Positions 8,896 through 18,882 of a stretch of 64,000 bases of DNA are shown here, in pieces (the first letter of the stretch is position 1; each line of letters starts with the position of its first letter). Made by a program: the position numbers and the translations under genes. The notes below the pieces were generated by a model. The model was given only the letters and a program-made list of their open reading frames with translations. It was not told the DNA's origin and ran no database searches. The DNA comes from Patescibacteria group bacterium (GTDB taxonomy: Bacteria; Patescibacteriota; Patescibacteriia; GWA2-46-9): contig JBAZXG010000001.1 of the NCBI GenBank assembly GCA_041660005.1, positions 158,565 through 222,564 of the forward strand, read 5' to 3'.

Positions 8896-10191
8896 TTAAT
8901 TTTTTTTCACCCGTTCGACCACCGCCACTTTCACTGTGCGCAAAGTAGTTTCTTTAACAATCAGTTGAATATCTTTATGTTCTACAACGTCCCCTATTTT
9001 AGGAAACCGACCAAGACGATCGAGAATAAATCCTGACACGGTTGTAAAGTCCTCATTTTCTGGCAGCTCAGACTGAAGATGCTTGTTAAAATCGATAATG
9101 GAAACGTCGCCAACGACAAGAAGTTTGTCCCCTTCCTGTTTAATCGCCCCACTTACTTCGTCAGTTTCGTCCGTAATGTCTCCAACAATCTCCTCTAAAA
9201 TGTCCTCTAATGTGACCAGCCCCTCGATTTCTCCATGCTCGTCGGCAACCAATGCCATGTGCGCTTTTTTTCTTTGAATTCTTTGCAGCACCTGACCAAT
9301 TTTCATCGTACCTGGAACAAAATAGGGCGGTAACAAAAACTCACGAAGCTGAAGTCCTTGCATCCCCTTTTCAAACTTTGGAAGCAAACGTTTCGTATAA
9401 AGAATACCAATGATGTTGTTCATGGTTCCCTCGTAGATTGGTACTCTTGAGTAACCCGACTCAATGGCTTTATGAACAACATCTCGCGCGGGCTCGTTAA
9501 TATCAAAAGCAACCATGTGCGTACGCGGTATCATAATTTGCCGTACGCTCAAGTCAGAAAAGTCAAAAACGTTTTCTATTATATTATGTTCATGCGATTC
9601 AATGGTACCGGCGCGACGGCTTTCTAAAAGAAGTGCTCTGATTTCCTCTTCTGAAAGTTTAGTCTCAGTGAAGGTTGTTGAGTCGTGAAATAATTTCAAA
9701 AGTAAATTGGAAGAGACGTTCAATGCTTTAATCGGCAACGCATTAATTTTTGATAACCACCAAACAGGATAAGCAGCGAGAAGCGCTAAAGTTTCCGCAT
9801 AACGTAACCCCAAAGACTTCGGCACCAACTCCCCAATGACGATGTTAACGTAGGCAACCACAACAACAACGGTTGTAAAACTAATGGCGTAAGCGTGTTC
9901 AGCAACAAAAGGAATATCGAACCTACTAAGGAAACTAGCCAACTCACGGGCGATACTCGAACCAGCAAAAGCCGAAGCGGCAATGGTAATAACAGAGATG
10001 CCTATTTGAATGGTGGCAAACATGCGCTCTGGTTTTTGATACAATTGTTGAATGATCTGCGCGCGTCGATTGCCTTTCTTAACCAAACCGGCTAGATGGG
10101 TTTTCCGTACGGCAATAAAGGCAATTTCACTCATGGAGAAAAAACCATTGAGCAAAGTCAACAAAAAAACGATAGCAATTTCTGAAATCAT
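8896..10191 (-). CDS. HlyC/CorC family (CNNM-CBS-CorC) Mg2+/Co2+ transport protein
   Basis: NGFFSMSEIA, GELVPKSL, SGYSRVPIY, DEHGEIEGLVTLEDILEEIVGDI. Confidence 0.93.
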   Translation of the reverse strand: MISEIAIVFLLTLLNGFFSMSEIAFIAVRKTHLAGLVKKGNRRAQIIQQLYQKPERMFATIQIGISVITIAASAFAGSSIARELASFLSRFDIPFVAEHAYAISFTTVVVVVAYVNIVIGELVPKSLGLRYAETLALLAAYPVWWLSKINALPIKALNVSSNLLLKLFHDSTTFTETKLSEEEIRALLLESRRAGTIESHEHNIIENVFDFSDLSVRQIMIPRTHMVAFDINEPARDVVHKAIESGYSRVPIYEGTMNNIIGILYTKRLLPKFEKGMQGLQLREFLLPPYFVPGTMKIGQVLQRIQRKKAHMALVADEHGEIEGLVTLEDILEEIVGDITDETDEVSGAIKQEGDKLLVVGDVSIIDFNKHLQSELPENEDFTTVSGFILDRLGRFPKIGDVVEHKDIQLIVKETTLRTVKVAVVERVKKN

Positions 10192-10376
10192 TTTGGCTCT
10201 CTAGCGGATAAACAAAGAGATTATTAGTATAGCGGCTAAAGTTGCCAATTGGCAAAGACATAAAGAAACGCTCACTATTCTTTTACGCCTCCTTTAAACG
10301 CTCTTTTGCATCATTGCCGGCGGCGTAAAAGCACGATAAAGTACAAAAACTGGAAAAATCAATCGTAGAATAACCC

Positions 10377-10595
10377 TTGTAAAACTTGAATGAACATGCT
10401 ACATTGGGTCGTTATCTTAAAAAGATAACAAATAAGCTATAAAAGAAATGAAGAGCTGTTGGGATATTTCTTCTCTCGAAAGTAATCAGAGGAGAACGAT
10501 TTCCCAACCGCTTTTTGGGAGAGAAGCGGTAATGGAACGTTCATTTTAGGATTGTAGCCCCGGCTCCGAGGTAAATCGGGCAAAGGAGGAGAAGG
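10377..10595 (+). promoter_or_regulatory. Sigma70-like promoter and long structured 5' leader of the TerC gene
   Basis: ttgtaa-N17-tacatt, then ~185 nt with nested stems (aaatgaa/ttcattt; gttggga/tcccaac; ttctctc/gaggagaa; ccgcttt/gaagcgg; gccc/gggc next to the SD). Confidence 0.4.
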
Positions 10596-11195
10596 GTGTT
10601 AGAAACAGTTTGGGCTTTTGTTCAGATCATTGGGATCGACGTGATCATGGCAGCCGACAATGCTGCGATAGTAGCAATGATCGCAATGACAGTGCCGCTA
10701 ACTGAGCAACGTCGTGTCCTTGTATTCGGCACAGGACTAGCGGTAGCTCTGCGAGTAGGGCTGGCCGTTTTCGCGTCGTTCTTGATGCAATATGTTGGGT
10801 TAACCTTAGCCGGTGGATTTATCCTCTTGTACTTCGCACACGGAATGTACAAAGAGATGTGCTGGCACGGTACTACCCACGGCGGTACGAAATATAGGTA
10901 CAAGTCATTTCGACACGCCGTGCTGCAAATAGGGATTGCGGACACAGTGATGAGCATCGACAACGTCCTCGCGGTCTCGGGAATAGCCAACGGTCACGTT
11001 CAAATGACCGCATTCGGGCTACTCCTATCCGTGGCTCTCATGGGAGCTGCCGCCGGGTTTCTCGCGCACACGATCCAGCGCTACCGGTGGATAGCGTGGG
11101 TCGGCCTTGCCATGGTCGGATGGGTTGCCCTTTCAATGATTTGGAAGGGTGGCATCGAAGTCGTCACAGCCGCTGCGGCAGCAACAATGCGCTAG
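10596..11195 (+). CDS. TerC family (YjbE-type) integral membrane protein
   Basis: IDVIMAADNA, ADTVMSIDNVLAV; SD AGGAGG, GTG start. Confidence 0.9.
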   Translation: MLETVWAFVQIIGIDVIMAADNAAIVAMIAMTVPLTEQRRVLVFGTGLAVALRVGLAVFASFLMQYVGLTLAGGFILLYFAHGMYKEMCWHGTTHGGTKYRYKSFRHAVLQIGIADTVMSIDNVLAVSGIANGHVQMTAFGLLLSVALMGAAAGFLAHTIQRYRWIAWVGLAMVGWVALSMIWKGGIEVVTAAAAATMR

Positions 11196-11421
11196 ACCTC
11201 GTAACCGAACTCGGAACGGTTAACTCTCCGAGCGCCAACTAGATAGGCGCAAGTATCTGGTAGGAGGACGCACTTGGAACGCGTCCCCTCTTCTGAATTC
11301 ACTATCACTCAATGATAGCGGAATCAGAAAAGGGCATTATGACAACTTGAGTAAAATATTTTTCAAAAAATTAAGCGGCTCTTTACCCTCGACAAAAACC
11401 CTAAAATACTGTAGGTTGCAA

Positions 11422-11612
11422 TCGATCTGTTCGTTATAGACAGGGTCGAAATTCTTTGGCAGAGTAATTTGCCATGACTTTCGTCCCCGACTTTCTGAAT
11501 AGATCCCTGGGGCAATAGGGGCACCGCCAGGGCTCCCCGTCTGGTTTCTGCCAGACAAACTATTGCCCTTACAGGTTCAACGCGGGGAAGGAAAAGTGAC
11601 ACTCCTTCCCCC
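11422..11612. ncRNA. Candidate structured non-coding RNA or cis-regulatory element (unassigned)
   Basis: Dense set of perfect stems including a possible pseudoknot; no family consensus recognised. Confidence 0.3.
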
Positions 11613-11639
11613 ATTCAATTATTGATTAACGTATTTAGT

Positions 11640-11873
11640 ATGACTGAACGTGCCACAGAAATAGAAATAGTGGCTACAACAGTGACTGAGGTGATAGAAG
11701 CAGTTCTTTCCCGCATTCCGAACTATAAAATAGACCTAATTGACGAACCTATTGGAGAAGAAGCAACTTCACTAAACGATTTTTTAGAAAACAATAATGA
11801 CGGTAGTGAATGGACAGATCCAAAAGGTTTTAAAATAAACATTGCTGGTGGAGAATATAAAATTTCATTTTGA
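11640..11873 (+). CDS. Small acidic hypothetical protein
   Basis: 77-aa ORF from ATG 11640, AT-rich. Confidence 0.45.
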   Translation: MTERATEIEIVATTVTEVIEAVLSRIPNYKIDLIDEPIGEEATSLNDFLENNNDGSEWTDPKGFKINIAGGEYKISF

Positions 11874-12115
11874 AAACGTTAACAAAAGACGACCCCCGTG
11901 TACAGCTGTAGTTACAACCATCCCGTGTGTTTCTCTTTGTGCGTAACGAAATGTTGTTTGAAATTGCATCATCTTCACCACTACAGCGACTGACCACCGA
12001 TCACTCGGTTACGCTCGACTTAAAAACTCCTCGCGACAACTGATCCCTTGCTTTGATTGAAAATGAAAACAATGTACATTACACTTCAATACATTGCATG
12101 ATTTTCAGCATAACT

Positions 12116-13339
12116 ATGTGGAATAACTTTTCAATATCGGCCTTTCTTGCTGGTAAATCTATTCTAAAGGGAAACCGAGCGGTTTTGATATTAACGCCTA
12201 TCGTTATTAGTTTTTCAATTGCGAACTTAGTTTTTTCTGCGTCACTTTTTACTGGAATGATTCGTTCTCTCGAAGCACAGCTCATTGATAATCTTTTTTC
12301 AAATATCCTCATTGAACCACAGGACGACCATCAGTACATAACAAGCGTCGATAGCATCGTGAACAACATAGCGAGCATTTCATCGGTTATCGCTGTCGCG
12401 CCTCACTATAAAACTGGTGCCCAATTCTCTTTTGACCCTGAAAAAGATAACCTCCATGTAACCAAGCGTGAATATCAAGTTGTTGGGGTTGATCCGCCGG
12501 TCGAAGAAAAGGTTACAAAGATAGCACAGTCGATGATCGCTGGCCGCTACTTGGAACCAAGTGACCGCGATGGTATTTTGATCGGCGCTGAAGTCGCAGG
12601 AGGTGGTTTAGGGTCTTTCGAAAAAATATCGCTCGGAGGCGTCACTGTTGGAAGCAAAATACGTGTAGCGTACGGCAATGAACGTGTGCGGGACTATAAA
12701 GTCATCGGCATTTTTAAAACGGGCATGGATGGCATTGATATTATGACATTTGTTACCCGCAAAGAGTTCGAAGCAGTGCATGGTATCACTGACAGTGCTC
12801 ACGAAATTATGGTGCGTTTACCAAAACTGGGTAACGAAGACAAAATAATCGACCAGATACGGACTCTGGGATATGCCAAGTTAAAAATTGGCCCATGGAG
12901 TTCTTTTTCCAACTTTACAGCAGGTATGTCTAATAGTTTTGAAATTCTCAACTTCATAACAGGGATCATAAGTCTCGTGGTGGCTTGCACGACGATATTC
13001 ATAGTTATTTTTATCCAGGTCGTGAATAAAAAACGCCAACTTGGCATACTGAAAGCCATCGGTGTCAGTGAAAGAATTATCATTCATTCATTCATTCTGC
13101 AAACTTTTTTTTACGGACTTGTCGGATCACTCTTGGCGGCGCTCATTATGTATGGAGTAGCACGTCCGTATTTTGATCACTATCCCCTAAATATGGGATT
13201 TGCCAAAGTTAAACTACTTATCGAACCGTTAGAAATGTTAAAAAGCGTAGCAATAATTGTTACCGCAAGTCTTATTGCTGGCTTTATTCCTGTTTGGTTT
13301 ACCATTCGTCAATCCATTATTAAAGCTATATGGGGATGA
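12116..13339 (+). CDS. ABC transporter permease, MacB/LolE (FtsX-like) family
   Basis: N-terminal TM, large periplasmic domain, KKRQLGILKAIG, three C-terminal TMs. Confidence 0.88.
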   Translation: MWNNFSISAFLAGKSILKGNRAVLILTPIVISFSIANLVFSASLFTGMIRSLEAQLIDNLFSNILIEPQDDHQYITSVDSIVNNIASISSVIAVAPHYKTGAQFSFDPEKDNLHVTKREYQVVGVDPPVEEKVTKIAQSMIAGRYLEPSDRDGILIGAEVAGGGLGSFEKISLGGVTVGSKIRVAYGNERVRDYKVIGIFKTGMDGIDIMTFVTRKEFEAVHGITDSAHEIMVRLPKLGNEDKIIDQIRTLGYAKLKIGPWSSFSNFTAGMSNSFEILNFITGIISLVVACTTIFIVIFIQVVNKKRQLGILKAIGVSERIIIHSFILQTFFYGLVGSLLAALIMYGVARPYFDHYPLNMGFAKVKLLIEPLEMLKSVAIIVTASLIAGFIPVWFTIRQSIIKAIWG

Positions 13340-14019
13340 TAGAGGTTAATAACTTAACGCGGACTTACCCAGGCAAAGTACCGACACTGGCGTTGCGAGG
13401 TGTTACGTTCACCATTAACGAAGGAGAATTTGTCGCTATCATGGGAAAAAGTGGTTCTGGAAAATCAACACTGCTGCATCAGCTCGCGCTTCTGGATATA
13501 CCCACAAGTGGATCGCTAACGATTGGCGGCAACGATGTCATGGCTTTAAGCGAACACCAAAAAACTCTTTTTCGACTCATGAACATTGGCTACGTTTTTC
13601 AAGAATATGCGATTTTGACCGAACTGACAACCCTCGAAAACGTTGCTTTGCCGCTGCGCGTTCGTGGAGGGCTGTCACGTAAAGATGCTCATAACGAGGC
13701 CTCGCAACTACTCGATCGTGTAGGACTTAGCAACCGTTTACATCATTACCCGGGCGAACTATCGGGCGGCGAACAGCAACGTGTGGCGATTGCACGGTCA
13801 CTCATTAACAAACCGCGCATACTACTAGCGGACGAACCATGTGCAAATCTCGATACCGCATCTAGCGAAACGGTTCTTCGCTTGTTGCGAGATCTCAATA
13901 AAAACCTTGGTCAGACTATTGTAATGATCAGCCACGAGCCTGAAGATCGCGAATGGGTTGATAGAATTTTATGGCTGAAAGACGGGCTTATTGATCATAT
14001 TGACAAAAAAGCATCGTAA
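13336..14019 (+). CDS. ABC transporter ATP-binding protein (LolD/MacB-like)
   Basis: GKSGSGKS, LSGGEQQRVAIAR, LLADEP; ATGA overlap with the permease. Confidence 0.92.
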   Translation: MIEVNNLTRTYPGKVPTLALRGVTFTINEGEFVAIMGKSGSGKSTLLHQLALLDIPTSGSLTIGGNDVMALSEHQKTLFRLMNIGYVFQEYAILTELTTLENVALPLRVRGGLSRKDAHNEASQLLDRVGLSNRLHHYPGELSGGEQQRVAIARSLINKPRILLADEPCANLDTASSETVLRLLRDLNKNLGQTIVMISHEPEDREWVDRILWLKDGLIDHIDKKAS

Positions 14020-14098
14020 ATTGCTCCACGAAAAAGCATCTGCTTCTCTCAAAGCCACCCATTGCCAAGACCACAAAAATCACCTAGCATGTCGAGAC

Positions 14099-15562
14099 AT
14101 GGCAAACAACGTTATTCTTCGTTTCGACGAAGTTATTTTTAATTACGGCAAAACCAAGCCCATACTGGATGAGGCCAGTTTTTCCGTGCGCAATGGCGCT
14201 AAAGTTGCGCTCATGGGACAAAATGGTGCTGGCAAAACTTCTCTCTTCTCTTTGATTCTTGGAGAACAAAAACCCCAGTCGGGACGAATTTATTTAACGC
14301 CGCAAGACGCCACCGTTGGCATTGCAAAGCAAGTTGTCGCAGAGGAACAAAAAGATCTTACGGTGCGTGATTTTTTTGCTGCAACATTTACTGACGTCCC
14401 TTACAACTTAGACAAGCGCATTGCAGACGTTCTGGATGCTGTAAACTTAAAAACCGACCTCACAAAAAAAGTACGCGAGCATTCCGGCGGTGAGCAAGCA
14501 CGGCTATTGCTCGCCTACGCGCTCATTCAAGACCCCGATATTTTGCTGCTTGATGAACCAACCAATAATCTTGATCAAGACGGGATTGCTCATCTCACCA
14601 TATTTCTTGTCATGTACGAAAAAACAGTTATGGTAATTTCACACGATGCAGACTTCTTAAACGCCTTTACGGACGGTGTCATTTATCTTGACGTGCATAC
14701 ACATAAAACTGAGCAGTATGACGGCAACTACTCCAACGTTGTTGATGAGATAGCCCGCCGGATTGAACGTGAACTCATGCAAAATGCTCAAGCCGAGCAG
14801 CAGATTAAAAAGAAAATGGCGCAGGCAGAGGTGTTCGCACATAAAGGTGGTAAACTCCGTTCTGTTGCCAAGCGCATGCGCGAAAACGCCGAAGACGCCG
14901 CCGAAAACATGGTTGAGACACGCCGTGAAGACAAAACTATTCGTGACTTCACTATTCCGGTTCAAGAATTTCCATTTGATTTTAACGGAGCAATTCTTGA
15001 TATAAACAAGGTTAGCATTGTCAAAGAAGGTAAACTGGTGATGAAAGAAGTTGCCTTGACCCTGCGCCGTCGATCGCACCTTCTGCTTGCTGGCCCGAAC
15101 GGTATCGGCAAAACAACATTACTGAAACAAATCGCCGCTGGCGAAGCGAAGGGTACAAAAATTGGTATGGGTGTACGTGTTGGATACTACGCGCAAGATT
15201 TTTCTATGCTCGACTTCAGTCAAACAGGACTAGCATGTTTAACGAACGCCATGGAAAAACCAGACGAACATATTATTCGCTCCACCGCAGCAGGATTTTT
15301 ACTTGATGGCAAAGTTATTGGTAACGAAATTCGCTACATGTCTGAAGGACAAAAAGGGCTTCTAGCTCTGGCAAGACTCGTCCTGATGCGTCCAGGGCTC
15401 ATTATTTTAGACGAGCCGACAAACCATATAAATTTCCGCCATTTGCCGATTATTGCCAAAGCGCTTGATGGTTATGAAGGCGCCATGGTGCTTGTGAGCC
15501 ACATTCCTGACTTTGTCGCACAAATTCGCATTGATCACACGATTGATCTTGGTCGACTGTAA
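14099..15562 (+). CDS. ABC-F family ATPase (two NBDs, no TM)
   Basis: GQNGAGKT/SGGEQ/LLLDEPTNNLD and GPNGIGKT/SEGQK/ILDEPTNH. Confidence 0.9.
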   Translation: MANNVILRFDEVIFNYGKTKPILDEASFSVRNGAKVALMGQNGAGKTSLFSLILGEQKPQSGRIYLTPQDATVGIAKQVVAEEQKDLTVRDFFAATFTDVPYNLDKRIADVLDAVNLKTDLTKKVREHSGGEQARLLLAYALIQDPDILLLDEPTNNLDQDGIAHLTIFLVMYEKTVMVISHDADFLNAFTDGVIYLDVHTHKTEQYDGNYSNVVDEIARRIERELMQNAQAEQQIKKKMAQAEVFAHKGGKLRSVAKRMRENAEDAAENMVETRREDKTIRDFTIPVQEFPFDFNGAILDINKVSIVKEGKLVMKEVALTLRRRSHLLLAGPNGIGKTTLLKQIAAGEAKGTKIGMGVRVGYYAQDFSMLDFSQTGLACLTNAMEKPDEHIIRSTAAGFLLDGKVIGNEIRYMSEGQKGLLALARLVLMRPGLIILDEPTNHINFRHLPIIAKALDGYEGAMVLVSHIPDFVAQIRIDHTIDLGRL

Positions 15563-15653
15563 AAGGTATTGACCCCATAGAAAGCCCTAGACTCTTAAGT
15601 TCGCCCACGGGCGAGTTGAGAAAGACGGCTCGGCAGAGCTCCGCAAGCAGCAA

Positions 15654-15691
15654 TTTACACCATTTTGTGCGTACGCACAAAATGGTGTAAA
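15654..15691. repeat. Perfect 38-bp palindrome, copy 1
   Basis: tttacaccattttgtgcgt|acgcacaaaatggtgtaaa. Confidence 0.9.
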
Positions 15692-15725
15692 AATAATAAA
15701 ATACAAAATCACTAAAAGTAATCAG

Positions 15726-15934
15726 CGACCACGCCCCAAGGGGACGGGATGTGTAATGGTGATTCCACTTCGCCGAGTCAAACTCACCTCCTTCGCTTAA
15801 GCTTCGGACGGTCAAGGACCTCCTTCGCTCCCACTTCGTATCAAACTACGGCGGGACACAGCAATGCTACGGACGGTCAAGGACCTCCTTTGCTTAAGCT
15901 TCGGACGGTCAAGGAGCTACGCGGGATATTTTTG
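15726..15934. repeat. Composite REP/MITE-like palindromic module A containing three tandem 32-bp units
   Basis: Unit acctccttcgcttaagcttcggacggtcaagg at 15786-15817 and 15883-15914, interrupted copy at 15818-15882; flanks match 20085-20142. Confidence 0.8.
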
Positions 15935-15953
15935 CTCACCCCCAACAATTGCA

Positions 15954-17039
15954 CTAACGTTTTTTAAGCGTATCGCTTGATATCACGCGGTCGTAACGGC
16001 GACCGTTGAAAATTATTGTGGGAATTTTAATGGTACGAATTTGTTGCTCAACGACCGCACGGTGTTCTTTAATGATTTGAACCACTTTATCCGAATGTGC
16101 CATTTCAGTAACGCGCGCAATGGTCGCTTCATCATAGCCAAAAGTCGGCAACATTTCTTGCAGCTTATGTTCGGCTTCAGTTTCGCTGTAGAGCGTATTA
16201 AACTTTACCTGCATCTGAACTCCGTCACCGTCTGCACCCAGCAATATTGTCTCAAGTAGTTTCCAGTCTGCGGGCGTCGTCCCATCAAGCTTCGAGGGTG
16301 GAACGAGTTTTACTGCTTCGAGATATTGCGCAATGAGATATGAGTTGGCAAATTTGTAACCACTCTTTTGCTGCGGATCAGGAATAGGATAAGCAATATA
16401 GGTTAGGTTGTGCGTATGCTCAAAGTCAGCTGCTTTAATATTATTTAATAACGAAGCGCAATAATGGCATCCCGGATCGAGAATTTCTAGCGCCGTTATT
16501 TTTTGATTATCAAAAGGGGCATAGTACGTGCTCTCCGCCGTCGTGAAGTCAGCAGCATTCCAGCTCCGCAGCCGATTCGGCACAAGACTCGTAGTGTTCG
16601 CTACGTTCACAAACGGCCGAGCCGCCCACGATGCCAGTTGTCCTTGCTGAAACGATTCAAACAAATCAAGATTCTGTGAAGGAACGGCACAGGCTTCTCC
16701 TGCTAACGAGCAAGACTCTGCAGCCTGCGGATTGCAGGTATCATAAACAAAGAGGTTAAGCCCCGAAACCGCAACATATATAAGACTCCAAATGGATAAA
16801 CCAACAAAGACGAGGGCGAGCCAATTTGACCACCTTAAGAAAAAACGTGCGAGGAGTGGTGAACGTCGAACCAGTTTACCGGCAATGATACCTTTAATTT
16901 CTTCGTCAAAATGAATATCGCACGGCCGAAAAGTAAGGCGGCGGCCAACACAATACCAAGCTTTTTTAGCAAGCCCCCGATAATAGGCAGAGAATATACC
17001 CAAAATGAGAAAGACGATAAAAGCGGCGATGCAAAACAT
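15954..17039 (-). CDS. Membrane-anchored thioredoxin/DsbA-like protein
   Basis: Two N-terminal TMs with Cys residues; ILDPGCHYCASL (CxxC) and C-terminal IKIPTIIFNG cis-Pro loop. Confidence 0.7.
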   Translation of the reverse strand: MFCIAAFIVFLILGIFSAYYRGLAKKAWYCVGRRLTFRPCDIHFDEEIKGIIAGKLVRRSPLLARFFLRWSNWLALVFVGLSIWSLIYVAVSGLNLFVYDTCNPQAAESCSLAGEACAVPSQNLDLFESFQQGQLASWAARPFVNVANTTSLVPNRLRSWNAADFTTAESTYYAPFDNQKITALEILDPGCHYCASLLNNIKAADFEHTHNLTYIAYPIPDPQQKSGYKFANSYLIAQYLEAVKLVPPSKLDGTTPADWKLLETILLGADGDGVQMQVKFNTLYSETEAEHKLQEMLPTFGYDEATIARVTEMAHSDKVVQIIKEHRAVVEQQIRTIKIPTIIFNGRRYDRVISSDTLKKR

Positions 17040-17042
17040 ATT

Positions 17043-18254
17043 CTAAAATGCTTGAAGGGTTGATGAAATAATTTTTACAACACGAGAAACATCGGCATGA
17101 GTATTTTGAAGTCCAAGAGACAAACGTAGAAGTGGAGGCAATTTTAGTACTTTTTGCAAATAATAATGACAGCAGAAATATCCGCTCCGCGCCATAACCC
17201 CTTGTTCTGATAGCATGAGCGAGAGGCGATGCGCGTCAGCGTTTGGAAAAGAAAAAGCTACCACAGGACTCGCACTGCTATTCACAAGATTAATCGCCGG
17301 AATTGTTTTTAGCTCATCCAAAAAAGTTTGAGACAGCTCGCGCACATGCACATCAATTGCTTTATTACTCGGACGATATTTCGATAGCCACTCAAGAGCA
17401 GCAGAAAAACCAATGATGCCAGCCCAATTTTGCAGCCCCGGCTCAAGCCGAGTATGAAGTTCACCCTGTTCGTCAATGAGTGAATACGCAAGCTCGGAAA
17501 CGTCGCTCACCATCCCGCCGCCAATAAAACTGATATCGAGATTCTCGAGTAAACTTTTTTTGAAAACAATAAAGCCAAGACTCGGCCCGTACATTTTATG
17601 CGAAGAACCGAAGAGACAATCAAAATCAACGTTGGCAAGGAGTGATCGGTGATACACCATAGACTGCGCTGCGTCGAGGAAAAGAAGCCCACCCGCGGCG
17701 TGCGTATCGCGAGCAAGGTCCGCAACGTTCACACACTGTCGCCCATCAACGTTTGATGTCGTGCTAACAAGAACGACGCTCCGTTCAAGTTGATTTTTAT
17801 TGTATGAAAGTGCGCCATCAGCAGCTCTCTCAAGCACGAGCCGAGACAACCCATACTTTTTTGCCACCGTAATCGTCGGCAGAAAAACAGAGTTATGCTC
17901 AATTTGGGAAGTAACAATATTCTTGAACCGGTCAACCTTGAGCTGCTGCAATACCAGGTTGATACCGTACGTTGTATTTAAAGTAAAAGCGACAGCATAT
18001 TCATTCGCCGATTTTCCAAGAGCGTCCAATAACCGACGTCGGGCAATGCTAACCGCATCGTCAACCCGTCTCCCCCACTCATATTTTACGCGACCACCAC
18101 AGGCGTTGTAATTCTTGTAATAATCAATCTCGGCGTCAATAACTTCCTGCGGCCGCAGTGTTTGGCACGCCGAATCAAAATATAATTGTGTCTCGTCAAG
18201 ATATGCAAAACTCGATGTTTCTGTATGTTGTCGAGAACGAGTGCCGAAAAGCAT
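17043..18254 (-). CDS. Cysteine desulfurase-like class V aminotransferase (SufS/CsdA type)
   Basis: YFDSAC, EHNS, DAAQ, SSHKMYGP (PLP Lys), EPGLQN, RSGYFCCH. Confidence 0.88.
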   Translation of the reverse strand: MLFGTRSRQHTETSSFAYLDETQLYFDSACQTLRPQEVIDAEIDYYKNYNACGGRVKYEWGRRVDDAVSIARRRLLDALGKSANEYAVAFTLNTTYGINLVLQQLKVDRFKNIVTSQIEHNSVFLPTITVAKKYGLSRLVLERAADGALSYNKNQLERSVVLVSTTSNVDGRQCVNVADLARDTHAAGGLLFLDAAQSMVYHRSLLANVDFDCLFGSSHKMYGPSLGFIVFKKSLLENLDISFIGGGMVSDVSELAYSLIDEQGELHTRLEPGLQNWAGIIGFSAALEWLSKYRPSNKAIDVHVRELSQTFLDELKTIPAINLVNSSASPVVAFSFPNADAHRLSLMLSEQGVMARSGYFCCHYYLQKVLKLPPLLRLSLGLQNTHADVSRVVKIISSTLQAF

Positions 18255-18471
18255 TTGCGAAAATCAATGATATCTTACATTGAGCATATCAAGAATTGAC
18301 CATTATTTCAAGCATATTTGATTACATAATACTGTAGTCTTTTGTTGTTTTTTGTTGTCGCAATAGTGTGCAATGTTTGCATAAATTTATACCTTTTAGA
18401 AAGACGACGTCCGGGCGGCTGCAGTATTGCAACCGTCCGGACGCATTTCGACTGTGGTGGGGTTTTCGGCC

Positions 18472-18720
18472 TCAACGGCAGGGATGGATACCGTGCTGCC
18501 GGAGCATTCTGCGCATCCACCCGATGGTGGATGGCTTCTGTTTTCGACGGGCAAGAGAATCTCGCCTACTTCCGCCCATCGTAGCGTTGATGTTGTGCTT
18601 CTGGCACTGCTCGACAAGCTTCTCGCGCGCCGTCGCAAGCTCGCGCTCTCTTTTCGTCGGGACGCCTACCCTCGGCTGGTAGAATACTCTTCCTCTTGAT
18701 CCAAAAATTGTCGAACTCAT
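18472..18720 (-). CDS. Small basic hypothetical protein (GC-rich orphan)
   Basis: SD AGGAGG 5 nt before ATG 18720; 82 aa; 3' hairpin at 18400-18445. Confidence 0.55.
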   Translation of the reverse strand: MSSTIFGSRGRVFYQPRVGVPTKRERELATAREKLVEQCQKHNINATMGGSRRDSLARRKQKPSTIGWMRRMLRQHGIHPCR

Positions 18721-18882
18721 CTGGTCCTCCTGCGACCACAAACGTTACGTACCCCAAAATCGACGACGTGACTTTAACATAGACCCTTTCAACCTACAAC
18801 TTAAACTATGCTGGTTCTTATGGTACACTAATTAAATAGATACTTTGTTATAGTCTAGAGAATATTACCTTTTTATAAATTT

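Noticed and set aside
10500-10580. c-di-AMP (ydaO) or yybP-ykoY riboswitch
   Set aside because: Only a short word (aaccgctttttggg) resembles ydaO; the conserved GCUGAAUC and GGGGAGUAG cores are absent
11492-11560. HDV-like ribozyme or ZTP riboswitch
   Set aside because: The topology is suggestive, but there is no room for P3/L3, no P1.1 GG, and the ZTP GCCUGGGC 3' element is missing; kept only as an unassigned structure
15786-15914. Three 32-bp repeats as a mini CRISPR array
   Set aside because: The units are directly adjacent with no unique spacers, the extra sequence lies inside one unit, and there are no cas genes
15450-15967. ORFs 15450-15815(-) and 15749-15967(+), also 19918-20118(-) and 60875-61165
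   Set aside because: These are translations of palindromic repeats or the tRNA, with no independent coding signal
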